DNA of 62,038 nt from Gemmatimonadota bacterium. GTDB lineage: Bacteria > Gemmatimonadota > Gemmatimonadetes > Gemmatimonadales > GWC2-71-9. The notes below the pieces were generated by a model. It ran no database searches. It saw only the letters and a program-made list of their open reading frames with translations, and had not been told where the DNA came from. The translations under genes were made by a program, and so were the position numbers. The stretch is taken from contig JBDHAB010000012.1 of assembly GCA_039588295.1 (NCBI GenBank), forward strand, positions 1 through 62,038. The letters are read 5' to 3'. This document shows, in pieces, positions 1 to 9,796 of this stretch; position 1 is the first letter of the stretch; each line of letters opens with the position of its first letter.

Positions 1-29
1 GCGACGATCCACAGTGGTCGAGGTGTGTT

Positions 30-455
30 ATGCTCATCGTAACGGGGATCATTGCTCTGCTGGTCGGTCTGCTCGCACTCGGCCAGCTCATCTCGGTGGT
101 CGACTTCGAGCTCGCACAGCAACTCGGGCTCCAGGAGAAGGCTGACGAGACCGACCCACTATTTCGGCGGCTCGAGCTGAACACCGCCTGGTGGGATCAG
201 GTCGTGCTGTGGCTCCTCCCGCTGGCCGGTGTCCTGATGCTCATGGACCATTCGTGGTGGCCGTACGTCGCGCTCGTCGCCGGTGGTGTGTACGTCGACG
301 CTGCGGGACGGGAGGCGGCCAAGTGGCTCGGTCTCGGGTCGGAGGGGATCAGAACTGGCGCTGAGAAGGCGGTGCGTGTCGCCATGGGCGCGTTTTCAGT
401 GATGTTCGTGACCGGCCTGTGGGTGATCGTCTACGCCGTGTCGGTTCTGGCGTGA
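30..455 (+). CDS. Hypothetical integral membrane protein (~4 TM)
   Basis: 141-aa ORF with several hydrophobic segments; GAGGTG RBS upstream of ATG. Confidence 0.7.
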   Translation: MLIVTGIIALLVGLLALGQLISVVDFELAQQLGLQEKADETDPLFRRLELNTAWWDQVVLWLLPLAGVLMLMDHSWWPYVALVAGGVYVDAAGREAAKWLGLGSEGIRTGAEKAVRVAMGAFSVMFVTGLWVIVYAVSVLA

Positions 456-505
456 GTTCCCCGTGACGTGCGCGGCGTTCGACGCTCGCCGCTCTTGAGG
501 TCTTG

Positions 506-790
506 ATGGGAAACGCGCAGGCCCCGAGCAAGCATCGCATCTGGCGCCAGCCCGTGATGTGGGTATGGCTCGCGCTCAACGCGGGGTGGGTTGGCGTGTC
601 GGGGTACGTCACGGTCAGGTTCATCTGGGCGATGTTCCATGACGCGCGGTTCGGATGGCTGGATCGGACGATTGCCATCGTGTTCCTTCCGCCGATCGTA
701 GTGTTCGTGGCGCTCGCCGTCGGCGTGGCGACGCTCTCCGGCCTGCTGCGGCTCAAACGGCAGCGGGACCGAAGGCGTCGCTCCGAGTAG
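506..790 (+). CDS. Small 2-TM membrane protein
   Basis: Two hydrophobic helices, Arg-rich C-terminus; GAGG upstream. Confidence 0.55.
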   Translation: MGNAQAPSKHRIWRQPVMWVWLALNAGWVGVSGYVTVRFIWAMFHDARFGWLDRTIAIVFLPPIVVFVALAVGVATLSGLLRLKRQRDRRRRSE

Positions 791-816
791 GACGGCCGAG
801 TCGGATCGCCCGAGCC

Positions 817-1125
817 ATGGGTATTCTCCTCCTCGTCCTCGGACTCCTATCCGCCCTGTCTGGGTGGTTCAAGCTTCGCCTGCGTGTGCGCACGCTGTTC
901 GGCAGCTCACGGCTCGCAGTGTTAGAGCTGGTCGCCGGGGCGATGACCGTGCTTGGCTCGGGTGTGGGACTGGCGAAGCAGAGACCCGTCGCGTGGGGTG
1001 TCGTGGTCCTCGTGAGTGCTGCCGTCGTGGTCTCGTCCGTCGCTCACGCACGGCGGATGCTGCGGCTCTCCAAACGTCGAGCAACGTCGGAGCAGGAACG
1101 ACTGGAGCGCCACCTGCGCGCCTGA
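817..1125 (+). CDS. Small 3-TM membrane protein
   Basis: ATG 817 starts MGILLLVLGLLSALSGWF; three hydrophobic segments, charged tail. Confidence 0.6.
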   Translation: MGILLLVLGLLSALSGWFKLRLRVRTLFGSSRLAVLELVAGAMTVLGSGVGLAKQRPVAWGVVVLVSAAVVVSSVAHARRMLRLSKRRATSEQERLERHLRA

Positions 1126-1144
1126 TTGGGGGGACCTTGAAGAT

Positions 1145-1181
1145 TGCCTCAAGATGGCGCAGCGCGCCTCGTTTTGAGGCG
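1145..1181. promoter_or_regulatory. Tandem palindromic sites, putative enhancer (UAS) for a sigma-54 activator
   Basis: CGCCTC-N5-GAGGCG (1165-1181) plus imperfect copy TGCCTC-N5-GGCGCA (1145-1161), 20 bp apart, ~100 bp upstream of a -24/-12 promoter. Confidence 0.5.
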
Positions 1182-1214
1182 TCCGTTCCCACGTGATCTC
1201 CCTCACCTACGTCA

Positions 1215-1239
1215 TAACTCCTCGTGAAGTAGCAGGTTG
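1215..1239. promoter_or_regulatory. 25-bp symmetric IHF/HU-like element
   Basis: TAA CTCC TCG TGAAG TAG CAGG TTG; fits recurring YAA-N4-TTG-N5-CAA-N4-TTR pattern. Confidence 0.5.
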
Positions 1240-1265
1240 CGAGGTCGCACATCGGCCCCGGTCGG

Positions 1266-1280
1266 TGGCACCGGCTATGC
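1266..1280 (+). promoter_or_regulatory. Sigma-54 (-24/-12) promoter
   Basis: TGGCACCGGCTATGC, GG-N10-GC spacing. Confidence 0.7.
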
Positions 1281-1322
1281 AACAAGGTTGATCAGAGTGC
1301 CAACGACTGCGGAGGTGATCCA

Positions 1323-1595
1323 ATGTTGCGACCCGTGTCGATTCGTCGTTTGGGCAGCTGGCGGCGGGCCGGTGTGGCGTACAATGTCCACGCGGTTCTC
1401 GACGCCGCCGGCAAGCACGTGATCGTCATCAATGCCTTGGGCCCTCGTGGCGAGCACCGGTTTGCAGTTGTCCGGGACGATGGCGAAGCGGTGCGAGCAC
1501 CGAGTGCCTGGGTGGTGCATGAAGATGAGGAGCGAACAGACAGGGCGGAGTGGTTCCTGGGTTATGCCGAGCTCGAGGCCGCCAGCCGTCACTAG
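1323..1595 (+). CDS. Hypothetical 90-aa soluble protein
   Basis: Strong GGAGGTGA RBS, directly downstream of sigma-54 promoter. Confidence 0.7.
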   Translation: MLRPVSIRRLGSWRRAGVAYNVHAVLDAAGKHVIVINALGPRGEHRFAVVRDDGEAVRAPSAWVVHEDEERTDRAEWFLGYAELEAASRH

Positions 1596-1684
1596 CGACG
1601 GTGCCACGCGGCAATGCTGTGGGTGTTGTACCGGAGGCGGATCGCCTATCGTTAAAGACGTCCCCATCCGGTTCCGGTGGCAGT

Positions 1685-2770
1685 ATGGGCAACATGGCTG
1701 GAGCAGTCGTTCCCACCAAGTACTGGCACGTGCTCGACGACGGTCGGGTTCAATGCGACATGTGCCCCCGGTACTGTCGTCTGCGAGAAGGCCAGCGGGG
1801 TATGTGCTTCGTGCGGATGTGCCAGGACACCGAGATCGTTCTCACCACCTACGGACGTTCGAGCGGATTCTGCGTTGATCCCATCGAGAAGAAACCGCTG
1901 AACCACTTCCTGCCGGGCACTCCCGTCCTCTCGTTCGGTACGGCCGGGTGCAACCTCGCCTGCAAGTTCTGCCAGAACTGGGACATCAGTAAGTCACGGG
2001 AAACCGACACCCTGGCGGACGCGGCCTCTCCAGCCCGGCTCGCCGAGACGGCTGAGCGGCTCGACTGCCGGAGCGTCGCCTTTACCTACAATGATCCGGT
2101 GATCTTCCACGAGTACGCGATCGATGTGGCGCAGGCGTGTCGGGAGCGCGGCATCAAGACGGTGGCGGTGACGGCTGGATACGTGTGCGACGAGCCACGG
2201 CGCGAATTCTACCGGCACATGGATGCCGCGAACGTCGACCTCAAAGCGTTCGCCGAGGACTTCTACTGGCAGATCACCAAGAGTCACCTGCAACCTGTGC
2301 TCGACACGTTGGTCTACCTCAAGCATGAGACTGAGGTCTGGTTCGAGCTCACGACGCTGGTGATTCCGGGCAAGAACGATTCGGACAGGGAGTTCGAGGA
2401 GATGTCGCAGTGGGTGGTTGAGCACCTTGGACCCGATGTACCGATGCATTTCACGGCGTTCCATCCGGACTGGAAGATGCTCGATGTGCCCCCGACTCCA
2501 TCGAGCACGCTCACCAGAGCGCGCGAGGTCGCGATGCGCAACGGTGTTCGATATGTCTACACCGGCAACGTGCACGACGTGGAGGGCGGTAGTACGCTGT
2601 GCCACGACTGCGGCCAGCTGCTCATCGCGCGGGACTGGTACGTGCTCGGTACCTGGAATCTCACCGATGACGGCCGCTGCACCGGGTGTGGCGCGCGGTG
2701 CGCGGGCCGGTTCGATGGTGCTCCGGGTACCTGGGGTGCGAAACGAATGCCTGTCCGGATTGGGCGCTAG
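1685..2770 (+). CDS. amrS: AmmeMemoRadiSam system radical SAM enzyme
   Basis: VQCDMCPRYC N-terminal cysteine motif, DPIEKKPLNHF, CNLACKFC (CxxxCxxC), AFTYNDP, C-terminal CxxC pairs; start 1685 or 1694. Confidence 0.9.
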   Translation: MGNMAGAVVPTKYWHVLDDGRVQCDMCPRYCRLREGQRGMCFVRMCQDTEIVLTTYGRSSGFCVDPIEKKPLNHFLPGTPVLSFGTAGCNLACKFCQNWDISKSRETDTLADAASPARLAETAERLDCRSVAFTYNDPVIFHEYAIDVAQACRERGIKTVAVTAGYVCDEPRREFYRHMDAANVDLKAFAEDFYWQITKSHLQPVLDTLVYLKHETEVWFELTTLVIPGKNDSDREFEEMSQWVVEHLGPDVPMHFTAFHPDWKMLDVPPTPSSTLTRAREVAMRNGVRYVYTGNVHDVEGGSTLCHDCGQLLIARDWYVLGTWNLTDDGRCTGCGARCAGRFDGAPGTWGAKRMPVRIGR

Positions 2771-2777
2771 GAGATCA

Positions 2778-3911
2778 TTGCCCGCCCTCACCCGTCACCG
2801 GCCAGTTACTATCCATCGCATTGTCCTCGGTACCGTCGCGGCCTTCACGCTAGCCGGCGCGTGCAGTGGCAACCCGCCCGCCGTACCCGATGGTGCGCTC
2901 GTTGTCGATCCACCCGCCGTGCGACACTACGTCTGCTACCGAGCTCCGGACCCGCTCACGGTGGATGGTCGGCTCGATGAGCCGGCATGGCGGGCCGCCC
3001 GGTGGAGCGAGCCGTTCATGGACATCGTGGGCGCGGAAGGACCGACGCCCACCTGGCGGACGCAGGTCAAGCTGCTGTGGGACGAGACGTTCCTCTATGT
3101 CGGCGCCAACCTGGAGGAGCCACACCTCTGGGCCACGCTGACTGAGCGTGACGCCGTCATCTACCGTGACAACGACTTCGAAGTGTTCATCGATCCCAAC
3201 GGCGATACGCAGGACTACTTCGAGATCGAGATCAATGCGATGGGCACCGTGTGGGATCTCATGCTGCCCAAGCCGTACCGGGATCGGGGTTCGGCCGTGA
3301 CCTCATGGGACGCCGAGGGTCTCGGAGCGGCCGTCCACCTTGATGGGACGATCAACGACCCATCGGATCGCGATCGCGGGTGGACGGTGGAGGTCGCGGT
3401 GCCTTGGTCTGCGCTCCGGCTGCGGCCCCCTGGCGACGGGGATCACTGGCGCCTCAACTTCTCCCGAGTGCAATGGTACCTCGATGTCGTGGGCCGGGCT
3501 TACCAGAAGGCGGTCGACCCCTCGACGGGCGAGTCGCTCCCCGAGGAGAACTGGGTCTGGTCGCCGCAGGGTGCCGTGAACATGCACATGCCGGAGCGCT
3601 GGGGGATCGTACAATTCAGTGAGGCCGTGGTGGGGCGGGGACCGGTCTCCGTTCGGCCGCCTCGCGATCCCGTGCCACACTGGGCGCTTCGCGAGGTGTA
3701 CTATGCCCAGCGGCGCTACCGCCAGGAGCACGGTCGTTACGCGGCCACGCTGGAAGAACTTGGTGTTCGAGCGATCGTAACCACGGATGGACGACCCATT
3801 GAGGTTGGCATGGAGGGTTCGGCGGACGGGTTCGAGGCAACGGCCGTCGGACTCACCGGTGAAGCGCAGTGGCATATTCGCCAGGACGGGAAGCTCTGGC
3901 GTCATGACTGA
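2778..3911 (+). CDS. Carbohydrate-binding family 9-like lipoprotein
   Basis: TTG after AGGAG; lipobox LAGAC; VDGRLDEPAW, DNDFEVFIDP, WRLNFSRVQW, NWVWSPQG..MHMPERWG motifs. Confidence 0.8.
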   Translation: MPALTRHRPVTIHRIVLGTVAAFTLAGACSGNPPAVPDGALVVDPPAVRHYVCYRAPDPLTVDGRLDEPAWRAARWSEPFMDIVGAEGPTPTWRTQVKLLWDETFLYVGANLEEPHLWATLTERDAVIYRDNDFEVFIDPNGDTQDYFEIEINAMGTVWDLMLPKPYRDRGSAVTSWDAEGLGAAVHLDGTINDPSDRDRGWTVEVAVPWSALRLRPPGDGDHWRLNFSRVQWYLDVVGRAYQKAVDPSTGESLPEENWVWSPQGAVNMHMPERWGIVQFSEAVVGRGPVSVRPPRDPVPHWALREVYYAQRRYRQEHGRYAATLEELGVRAIVTTDGRPIEVGMEGSADGFEATAVGLTGEAQWHIRQDGKLWRHD

Positions 3912-3917
3912 TTCCGA

Positions 3918-5009
3918 GTGCGAGCGGTGAAACGACGACAGTTTCTCGAGGCGCTCAGCGGAACGGCGCTGGGACTCGGTGTGCTGCCGGCCTTCGGCGG
4001 GTGTGCAGCGGGGCGAAACGCAGTGGGCTTCAAAGCATGGGCATGGGTCCATGGCGGCCGTGAACGGACCCGAGATGAATGGCAGCGCGAGTTCCAACGA
4101 GCGCGCGAGGCGGGTATCCGTGCGGTACTCGTGTCCGGCGGTGACACGGAGCTGCTCGCGCCGCCGGCGCACGCGGAGGGCCTCGAGTATCACCGGTGGG
4201 TGTGGATCTTGAATCGAAGTGGCGACCGCTGGGCACAACAGCACCATCCCGAGTGGTACACCGTGAGCCGCAACCTCGAATCGACACTCGAGAAACCGCC
4301 CTATGTCGGCTACTACCAATGGGTCTGCCCCACCCGCGAGCCGGTGCGCGAGTATCTGCAGGGAATCGTGGGCGACATCGCACGCGATGAAGCCGTAGAT
4401 GGCGTGCACCTCGACTACATCCGTCACTCGGATGTGATCCTTCCGGTTGGACTCTGGGCGAAGTACGAGCTGGTGCAGGACCGCGAGTATCCTGAGTTCG
4501 ACTTCTGTTACTGTGACGTGTGCCGCGAGACGTTTCGGGAACAGAGCGGCACCGACCCGCTTGAACTGCCCGACCCGACGCAGGATGTCGCGTGGCGGGA
4601 GTTTCGCTGGAACAGCGTGACGGGAGTGGTCCGGGCACTTGCCGACGCCGTCCATGCGCACGGCAAGCCCATCACCGCGGCGGTCTTTCCCACACCGACC
4701 CTGGCCCGGCAGCTCGTGCGCCAGGCCTGGGACCAGTGGCCGCTCGACGCCGTGTTCCCGATGATCTATCACGAGTTCTACGAAGAGGATGTTCCCTGGA
4801 TCGGAACAGCCACGAGCAAAGGGGTGTCCGCCTTGCCCGCGGGCACGCCGCTCTACAGCGGGCTCTTCCTGCCCAGCCTCTCACCGGAGCAGTTGGCTGA
4901 AGCCGTGCACGTCGCTCGCGACGCGGGGGCGAACGGGGTCGCGTTGTTCGAGATGGGTGGGCTCACGGAGGAGCATGTGGTGCGGTTTCGGGAGGCGCTC
5001 GACCGTTAG
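3918..5009 (+). CDS. Tat-exported glycoside hydrolase-like protein (GHL10/DUF187-like TIM barrel)
   Basis: KRRQFL twin-Arg signal with possible lipobox FGGC; VDGVHLDYIR motif; PMIYH. Confidence 0.75.
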   Translation: MRAVKRRQFLEALSGTALGLGVLPAFGGCAAGRNAVGFKAWAWVHGGRERTRDEWQREFQRAREAGIRAVLVSGGDTELLAPPAHAEGLEYHRWVWILNRSGDRWAQQHHPEWYTVSRNLESTLEKPPYVGYYQWVCPTREPVREYLQGIVGDIARDEAVDGVHLDYIRHSDVILPVGLWAKYELVQDREYPEFDFCYCDVCRETFREQSGTDPLELPDPTQDVAWREFRWNSVTGVVRALADAVHAHGKPITAAVFPTPTLARQLVRQAWDQWPLDAVFPMIYHEFYEEDVPWIGTATSKGVSALPAGTPLYSGLFLPSLSPEQLAEAVHVARDAGANGVALFEMGGLTEEHVVRFREALDR

Positions 5010-5063
5010 ATCGTGCAAGGGGTTTCCGGAGGAGGTGACTCGCCTGCGCGAAGCACAACGCAG

Positions 5064-5090
5064 AAGCGCCCGACTCAGGTCGGGCGCTTT
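5064..5090. terminator. Bidirectional intrinsic terminator
   Basis: AAGCGCCCGAC-TCAG-GTCGGGCGCTT between convergent genes. Confidence 0.75.
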
Positions 5091-5133
5091 GTCCTTGCCG
5101 TGTCCACACCCGGCCCCATGACCCGGCGTTGCG

Positions 5134-5556
5134 TCACAGGCACTTGAACACGCGGGGGGCCACGCCCCGGACGAGTGCGAAGGTTCCGATGGACTCGTCG
5201 GTGTCCGTGAGCATGACTGTCAATGACATCGTCCGACCGTCCGTACGGCCTTCGAAACGCGCGGGGTGCTCGTCCGGTGGGTCCCCGTCCCGGACCGGGC
5301 CGCCCTGCTCGAAGGTGTGCGTACCCGTCAAGCTGAAGTTGCCACGAGTATCGGTGGCGAACGGTTGGTCGATCGTTCCGTGCGCGCAGTCGTACTCGAG
5401 CGTCGCGCTGGTTCCGGCGATCACCAGCTCGATGTGGTCACCACCCCAGCTGCCGATCACGTTGGGGGCGATGAAGTCCCTGCAGGCGATGCTCGACGTG
5501 CCGACCCCTGCAACGAGTGCCGCTATCCCGAGATACCGTGTCATAAGCCCCTTCAT
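5134..5556 (-). CDS. Hypothetical lipoprotein
   Basis: Signal peptide ending SIAC; G-WGGDHI..EYDCAHGTI beta-rich domain. Confidence 0.7.
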   Translation of the reverse strand: MKGLMTRYLGIAALVAGVGTSSIACRDFIAPNVIGSWGGDHIELVIAGTSATLEYDCAHGTIDQPFATDTRGNFSLTGTHTFEQGGPVRDGDPPDEHPARFEGRTDGRTMSLTVMLTDTDESIGTFALVRGVAPRVFKCL

Positions 5557-5595
5557 GCGGTCCGCATCCAGTATACCCTCAAACTGCTGGATTCG

Positions 5596-5754
5596 TCACG
5601 CCCCACGGTCGGGCCGCACTTCCGGTGAGTTCGGATCACGGTGCGCGCTCCGCACGACGTCCACTCCGAAGACCGCCGCGGTGAGGAGCAGCAGACGCCG
5701 GAATCGCAGGGTGCGCGCGTAACGCTCAATCAGCGAGACGACGGGAAGGCGCAT
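5596..5754 (-). pseudogene. Probable truncated DUF6116-like small membrane protein
   Basis: LIERYARTLRFRRLLLLTAAVFGVDVV resembles the DUF6116 N-terminus; expected PD.LPF.DE helix is absent. Confidence 0.4.
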
Positions 5755-5858
5755 GGGAAGCGTGCTCCGTGCTGACCGGATGTTGCTCGGTGGACAAATG
5801 GGGCCCGAGTGAATCTCGGGCCCCAACGAATGCTCTCCTCAGTGCCGCGAGCGAGCTG

Positions 5859-8048
5859 CTATTGGCCGCCCGCCGATTTCTTCAATCCCTGCAACTCGTC
5901 CGCGATCCATCCGGCGTCGTACACCTTCCTCAGCGCTTCGATGATACCCGCCGAGTGCACGCTCACGGTGCGCGACACCGCGTCCGAAAAGACGAAACGA
6001 TTGGGCAGCATCTGGATGTTTCCGTCGAACACCAATCCCACGACTTCGGCGTTCTTGTTGATCACGGGGCTGCCCGAATTGCCCCCGATGATGTCATTCG
6101 TGGAGACCATGTTGATCGGGGTCGAGAGATCGAGCTGATCCCGCCGCTTCTTCCATCGCGGCGCGAGCGTCCAAGGGTCCTGGTAATCGAACTCTGCCGC
6201 CCGCGCGAACAGCCCGTACATCGTGGTCTTGGGTGGGGCAAACGTCCCGTTCATCGGGTAGCGCTTCATGACACCGTCGCTGATCCGGAGCGTGAAGGTT
6301 GCGTCCGGCGGCAACGACTTGCCGTAGGCTGCGAAGATCGCCTGGCCGACCAACTCGGCGTTCGCCGAGATGATCGCTTCGAGCGGCCGGGCGCGCAGGG
6401 CCCGCTCCCGGCTCAGCGGCGCGATCTTCCGAGCCACCACCATCATCGGATCGTCCGACGCCTCGACGGCCGGTTGCCCTCCATCCATGAGGGCCGTGCG
6501 GACGGCCACGTCGGTCAATCTCGTGCCCGTCACGAGCGCCCGGGCCGCGGCCTCGGGCGTGCGCCCGTCAAGCATGGCCTGCCGGAACGGATCGTTCGCT
6601 GGTAGCTCCGACTGCGCCGCCTTGAGCTGTGCCGCGAGCGTCATCTGCTCGAGCTCGAGATCGAACGGCACATCCCGACGAATCTGGTTTCTGATGCGGT
6701 CGAGTCCCCGACCACGGAACTGCGACTGCCGGAGCGAGTCGGGCAGCGCCTCCTGCTCGGGCAACCGGATGATGCCACCGGCCAGGTTCAACAGTTGCGA
6801 GCCGCCAAAGCCGTAGTACCGGGACTGCACCGCGAATGAGCCCAGCTCTCGTTGCGCGTCGGCGATGGCGTCCCATGCGGCACCGTACTTCGCTTGCAGC
6901 TGGGGATCGCGGTCGATGCGGTTCCGAAAGTCGCGCTCGAAGACCGCTTTCTTGGCCATGAGTTCGGGGTCCCGCAGCCCGCTCAAGTACCCGCTGACCG
7001 CTTTGTGCGAGTTTTCGAGGCCGAATATTCGGTTCTCGTACTGGCGTCGGTCGGCCTCGCTCCGTGCCGCCAGGTGACGCACGATCTCCAGCTGGCGCTC
7101 GTAGCCGGCCAAGCGCGCGGGATAGCTTATGTCCCGCAGATACTCCATCTGCGCCATCGTGAGCAGCCGGCCCGTCGAGCCGGGGTTGCCCGTCACGAAG
7201 ACCAGCTCGCCTTCTTGCGCACCGTTGGTGCTCCACGTGAAGTAATGGTCGGTCTTCCGCGGCGCACCGTTCTCGTAGACGCGCAAGAGCGTCAAATCCA
7301 TGTCATAACGGGGATACGTGAAGTTGTCCGGGTCGCCACCGAAGAACGCCGCCTGCCCTTCGGGAGCCATCACCAGCCGGACGTCGGAAAACCGCTTGTA
7401 GCGGTAGAGCGAGTACATCCCGCCCCGGTAGAACGTGACCACCTGGCAGTTGAGACCGGTGGCCCCCGCACATTCCTGCTGGATCGTGTTGATCACCGAG
7501 TCGCGCTGCTCGACCTGCACGACCGGCGACGTAGCGGTGACCGCGCGGCGGATCTGTGCGGTCACGTCCTCAATCGACTGCAGCTGATCGACGTACATGC
7601 CCTGGCAGGGCTTCTCGTCTGCCGGACTGCTCGCCACGAACCCCGTTTCCTGGTAGCTGGAGTCCGCGGTAGACGACCGCGAGATACACCCGCGTGCGCA
7701 ATGGTGATTGGTCATGACCAGACCGTTGTCCGACACAAAGCTCGATGAGCACCCGGGCAGACGCACGGACGCGAGCCGGACGTGGTCGAGCCACGCCTGA
7801 TCCGGCCGGAAGCCGTACGTCTCCTCCCAGTAGTCGAGCGGCGGTGCGTCAAAGGTCCACATCGTGCCGAATTCCTTGATGAATCCGGTCGAGGTCACAT
7901 CTGGCAGAGCCGGTGCTGTCGGCGCGACCGCGGGTGCCGCTGCCTCGCGCGGGGTTGGCGACGCGTCCGGACCGGGCTGAGTACTGCAGGCAAGAAGCGC
8001 GGCCGCACCGATTACCGCCAAGGACTGAGTTCGACTGAATAGCGTCAT
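5859..8048 (-). CDS. S46 family dipeptidyl peptidase (lipoprotein)
   Basis: Lipobox [27 protein letters not shown] and [11 protein letters not shown] catalytic motifs. Confidence 0.92.
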   Translation of the reverse strand: MTLFSRTQSLAVIGAAALLACSTQPGPDASPTPREAAAPAVAPTAPALPDVTSTGFIKEFGTMWTFDAPPLDYWEETYGFRPDQAWLDHVRLASVRLPGCSSSFVSDNGLVMTNHHCARGCISRSSTADSSYQETGFVASSPADEKPCQGMYVDQLQSIEDVTAQIRRAVTATSPVVQVEQRDSVINTIQQECAGATGLNCQVVTFYRGGMYSLYRYKRFSDVRLVMAPEGQAAFFGGDPDNFTYPRYDMDLTLLRVYENGAPRKTDHYFTWSTNGAQEGELVFVTGNPGSTGRLLTMAQMEYLRDISYPARLAGYERQLEIVRHLAARSEADRRQYENRIFGLENSHKAVSGYLSGLRDPELMAKKAVFERDFRNRIDRDPQLQAKYGAAWDAIADAQRELGSFAVQSRYYGFGGSQLLNLAGGIIRLPEQEALPDSLRQSQFRGRGLDRIRNQIRRDVPFDLELEQMTLAAQLKAAQSELPANDPFRQAMLDGRTPEAAARALVTGTRLTDVAVRTALMDGGQPAVEASDDPMMVVARKIAPLSRERALRARPLEAIISANAELVGQAIFAAYGKSLPPDATFTLRISDGVMKRYPMNGTFAPPKTTMYGLFARAAEFDYQDPWTLAPRWKKRRDQLDLSTPINMVSTNDIIGGNSGSPVINKNAEVVGLVFDGNIQMLPNRFVFSDAVSRTVSVHSAGIIEALRKVYDAGWIADELQGLKKSAGGQ

Positions 8049-8204
8049 GGTTCGTTGGCTTTGGCTAGAGGAAACGTGACGGCCGGGCCCACGCCCGACC
8101 GATGGTGATTTCGGTCACAATTCAATGCCCGAACGTGCATGAAAGAACGCTGAAGGCCGGATGAAATCCCCCAGGAGCTGCGCAGGGGGGCCGCCCAACC
8201 GTGC

Positions 8205-8219
8205 TGGACCGGATCTTGC
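8205..8219 (+). promoter_or_regulatory. Possible sigma-54 promoter of the EPS operon
   Basis: TGGACCGGATCTTGC, GG-N10-GC with TTGC; no 25-bp element seen upstream. Confidence 0.4.
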
Positions 8220-8280
8220 GCTACCTTACGTCGACTTCCTGTGACGGCTCACCTTGGGTTCAACGGATGTCTCGAAGCGG

Positions 8281-9750
8281 ATGAAGACAATCCCGACTGG
8301 TATCGGGCCTCTTGACGAGCGGGCCGGCGGGCTGCGGGCGGGTGGCGTGTACGTGCTCGCTGGGGCGCCCGGCAGCGGCAAGCTCACCGCGGTGCTGCAG
8401 TTCCTGAACGCGGGGCTCGAGGGTGGTGAGCAGGTGGCGCTCCTGACCAACATGCCACCCGAGCACGTGTTCGAACACGCGCAGCACTGGGGCTTCGAAT
8501 TCGAGGGCGCTTGGAGGGAGGGGCGATTCCGGCTGGTGGGGTTTGCCGGCGATTTCGAGCGCCGGCTGATGAGCGCCGCGGAGCCGAAGGAGGTGTTCGA
8601 CGAGCTGTCCGACCTCATCGGACGGAACGTCGATCGGCTCGGCGTGGACCCGGGGAAGCCTCTCTGGGAGACCCGGGCTGGTACCTCGTTGGGCAGCCGG
8701 TTTCTGCAGTGGGCCCAAGGGCTGGACGCGACCTCGGTGGTGACCGTCGCGAGCGACCTCACGGACACCTTGTCGCCGGCTACCGAGTGGGTCTTGCAGA
8801 GCGCGGCGGGTGTGTTGAAAATCGAGAGGCTCCCGGACGGTCTCCGCCAGGTCTGGATCCGCCGTATCAACCCTCCGATCGACCACCAAGGAGCCGTGAG
8901 CCTGGAGCTCGTCCCGGCCAAAGGGTTTGGTGAGCCGGCCGGCCGGCTCGATCGCCGACGCACGGATGCTCCGATCGGGAGCGAGCGTCGCCTGCTCCTG
9001 CTCAAACTGGCGGACACCGTGCCGGAAGAGCTCGTGGGGTGGGCGCGGAATCGCTACGACGCCGTCGAGCTGGACCAGCCGTTGCGGCTCGTCTCGCGGC
9101 TGCAGGACGGTGAGGAGTACGGCGTTGTACTGGTGTACCTCGATCGGGGTCATAGCCGTGACGCCGCCGAAGCCTGTCGTGCCATCCGGCCGCTCACGGG
9201 CGCCCCGATCATTTTGGCGACCGACGACCGCCTGCGTGCCACGGACCGCACGCAGGCGCTCGACGCCGGCGCCAATGATTTCCTCAGCGACAACTTCAGC
9301 CTCGTTGAACTCGCGTCGCGCATCGAGCGTGCGATGGAGGCGCTGAGTGGTCTCCCGTATTCGCGTCGGGACGAGGATGAGGAGGCAGACGTGCCAGAAG
9401 GTGTATTGGACCGCGAGGAGTTCGCGCTTCGTGTGGAGGGGCATCTCTCCGATCCATGGGCCATGCCGTTCGTGTTGGTGCTGCTGCACTACGATGGTCC
9501 GAAGAGCCGCCAACTGGGCGAGGTGCTCGCCGAACATGTGCGGGACGCCGGTGACTACGTTGGGGGAACTCCGGATGGGTACGGTGTGGTGCTACAGGGA
9601 GCCCGCCCCCGACAGGCGCAGGCGTACTTGGATCGTGTGCGACATGCGTTCGCACGACTAGAGGACACCACCGACTTCGAGGTCAAGGTGCTCTCGAGCG
9701 CCACGGATGGAGAAGTGATTACCGGGGCTGTGCACGCGCCTGCCACGTAG
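8281..9750 (+). CDS. KaiC/RecA-like ATPase - pseudo-receiver - degenerate GGDEF protein (BcsE-like c-di-GMP effector)
   Basis: IPTGI..LD..GG, Walker A GAPGSGKL; REC-like PIILAT..ALDAGANDFL lacking phospho-Asp and Lys; GGDEF-like GVLDREEF..FVLVLL..RDAGDYVG without GGDEF. Confidence 0.75.
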   Translation: MKTIPTGIGPLDERAGGLRAGGVYVLAGAPGSGKLTAVLQFLNAGLEGGEQVALLTNMPPEHVFEHAQHWGFEFEGAWREGRFRLVGFAGDFERRLMSAAEPKEVFDELSDLIGRNVDRLGVDPGKPLWETRAGTSLGSRFLQWAQGLDATSVVTVASDLTDTLSPATEWVLQSAAGVLKIERLPDGLRQVWIRRINPPIDHQGAVSLELVPAKGFGEPAGRLDRRRTDAPIGSERRLLLLKLADTVPEELVGWARNRYDAVELDQPLRLVSRLQDGEEYGVVLVYLDRGHSRDAAEACRAIRPLTGAPIILATDDRLRATDRTQALDAGANDFLSDNFSLVELASRIERAMEALSGLPYSRRDEDEEADVPEGVLDREEFALRVEGHLSDPWAMPFVLVLLHYDGPKSRQLGEVLAEHVRDAGDYVGGTPDGYGVVLQGARPRQAQAYLDRVRHAFARLEDTTDFEVKVLSSATDGEVITGAVHAPAT

Positions 9751-9796
9751 GCGCGACGTCGGCACGCTCCTGCATCCTCGTCGAGACACCTAACCG

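Noticed and set aside
3303..4772. Long antisense ORFs (also 8260-9537, 13399-14781, 26064-27503, 52305-53777, 56618-57937)
   Set aside because: Shadow frames of recognised genes, expected at high GC; no motifs
8281..9750. Circadian KaiC or active diguanylate cyclase
   Set aside because: Single ATPase-like domain, no kaiB, Walker A variant, no GG(D/E)EF motif
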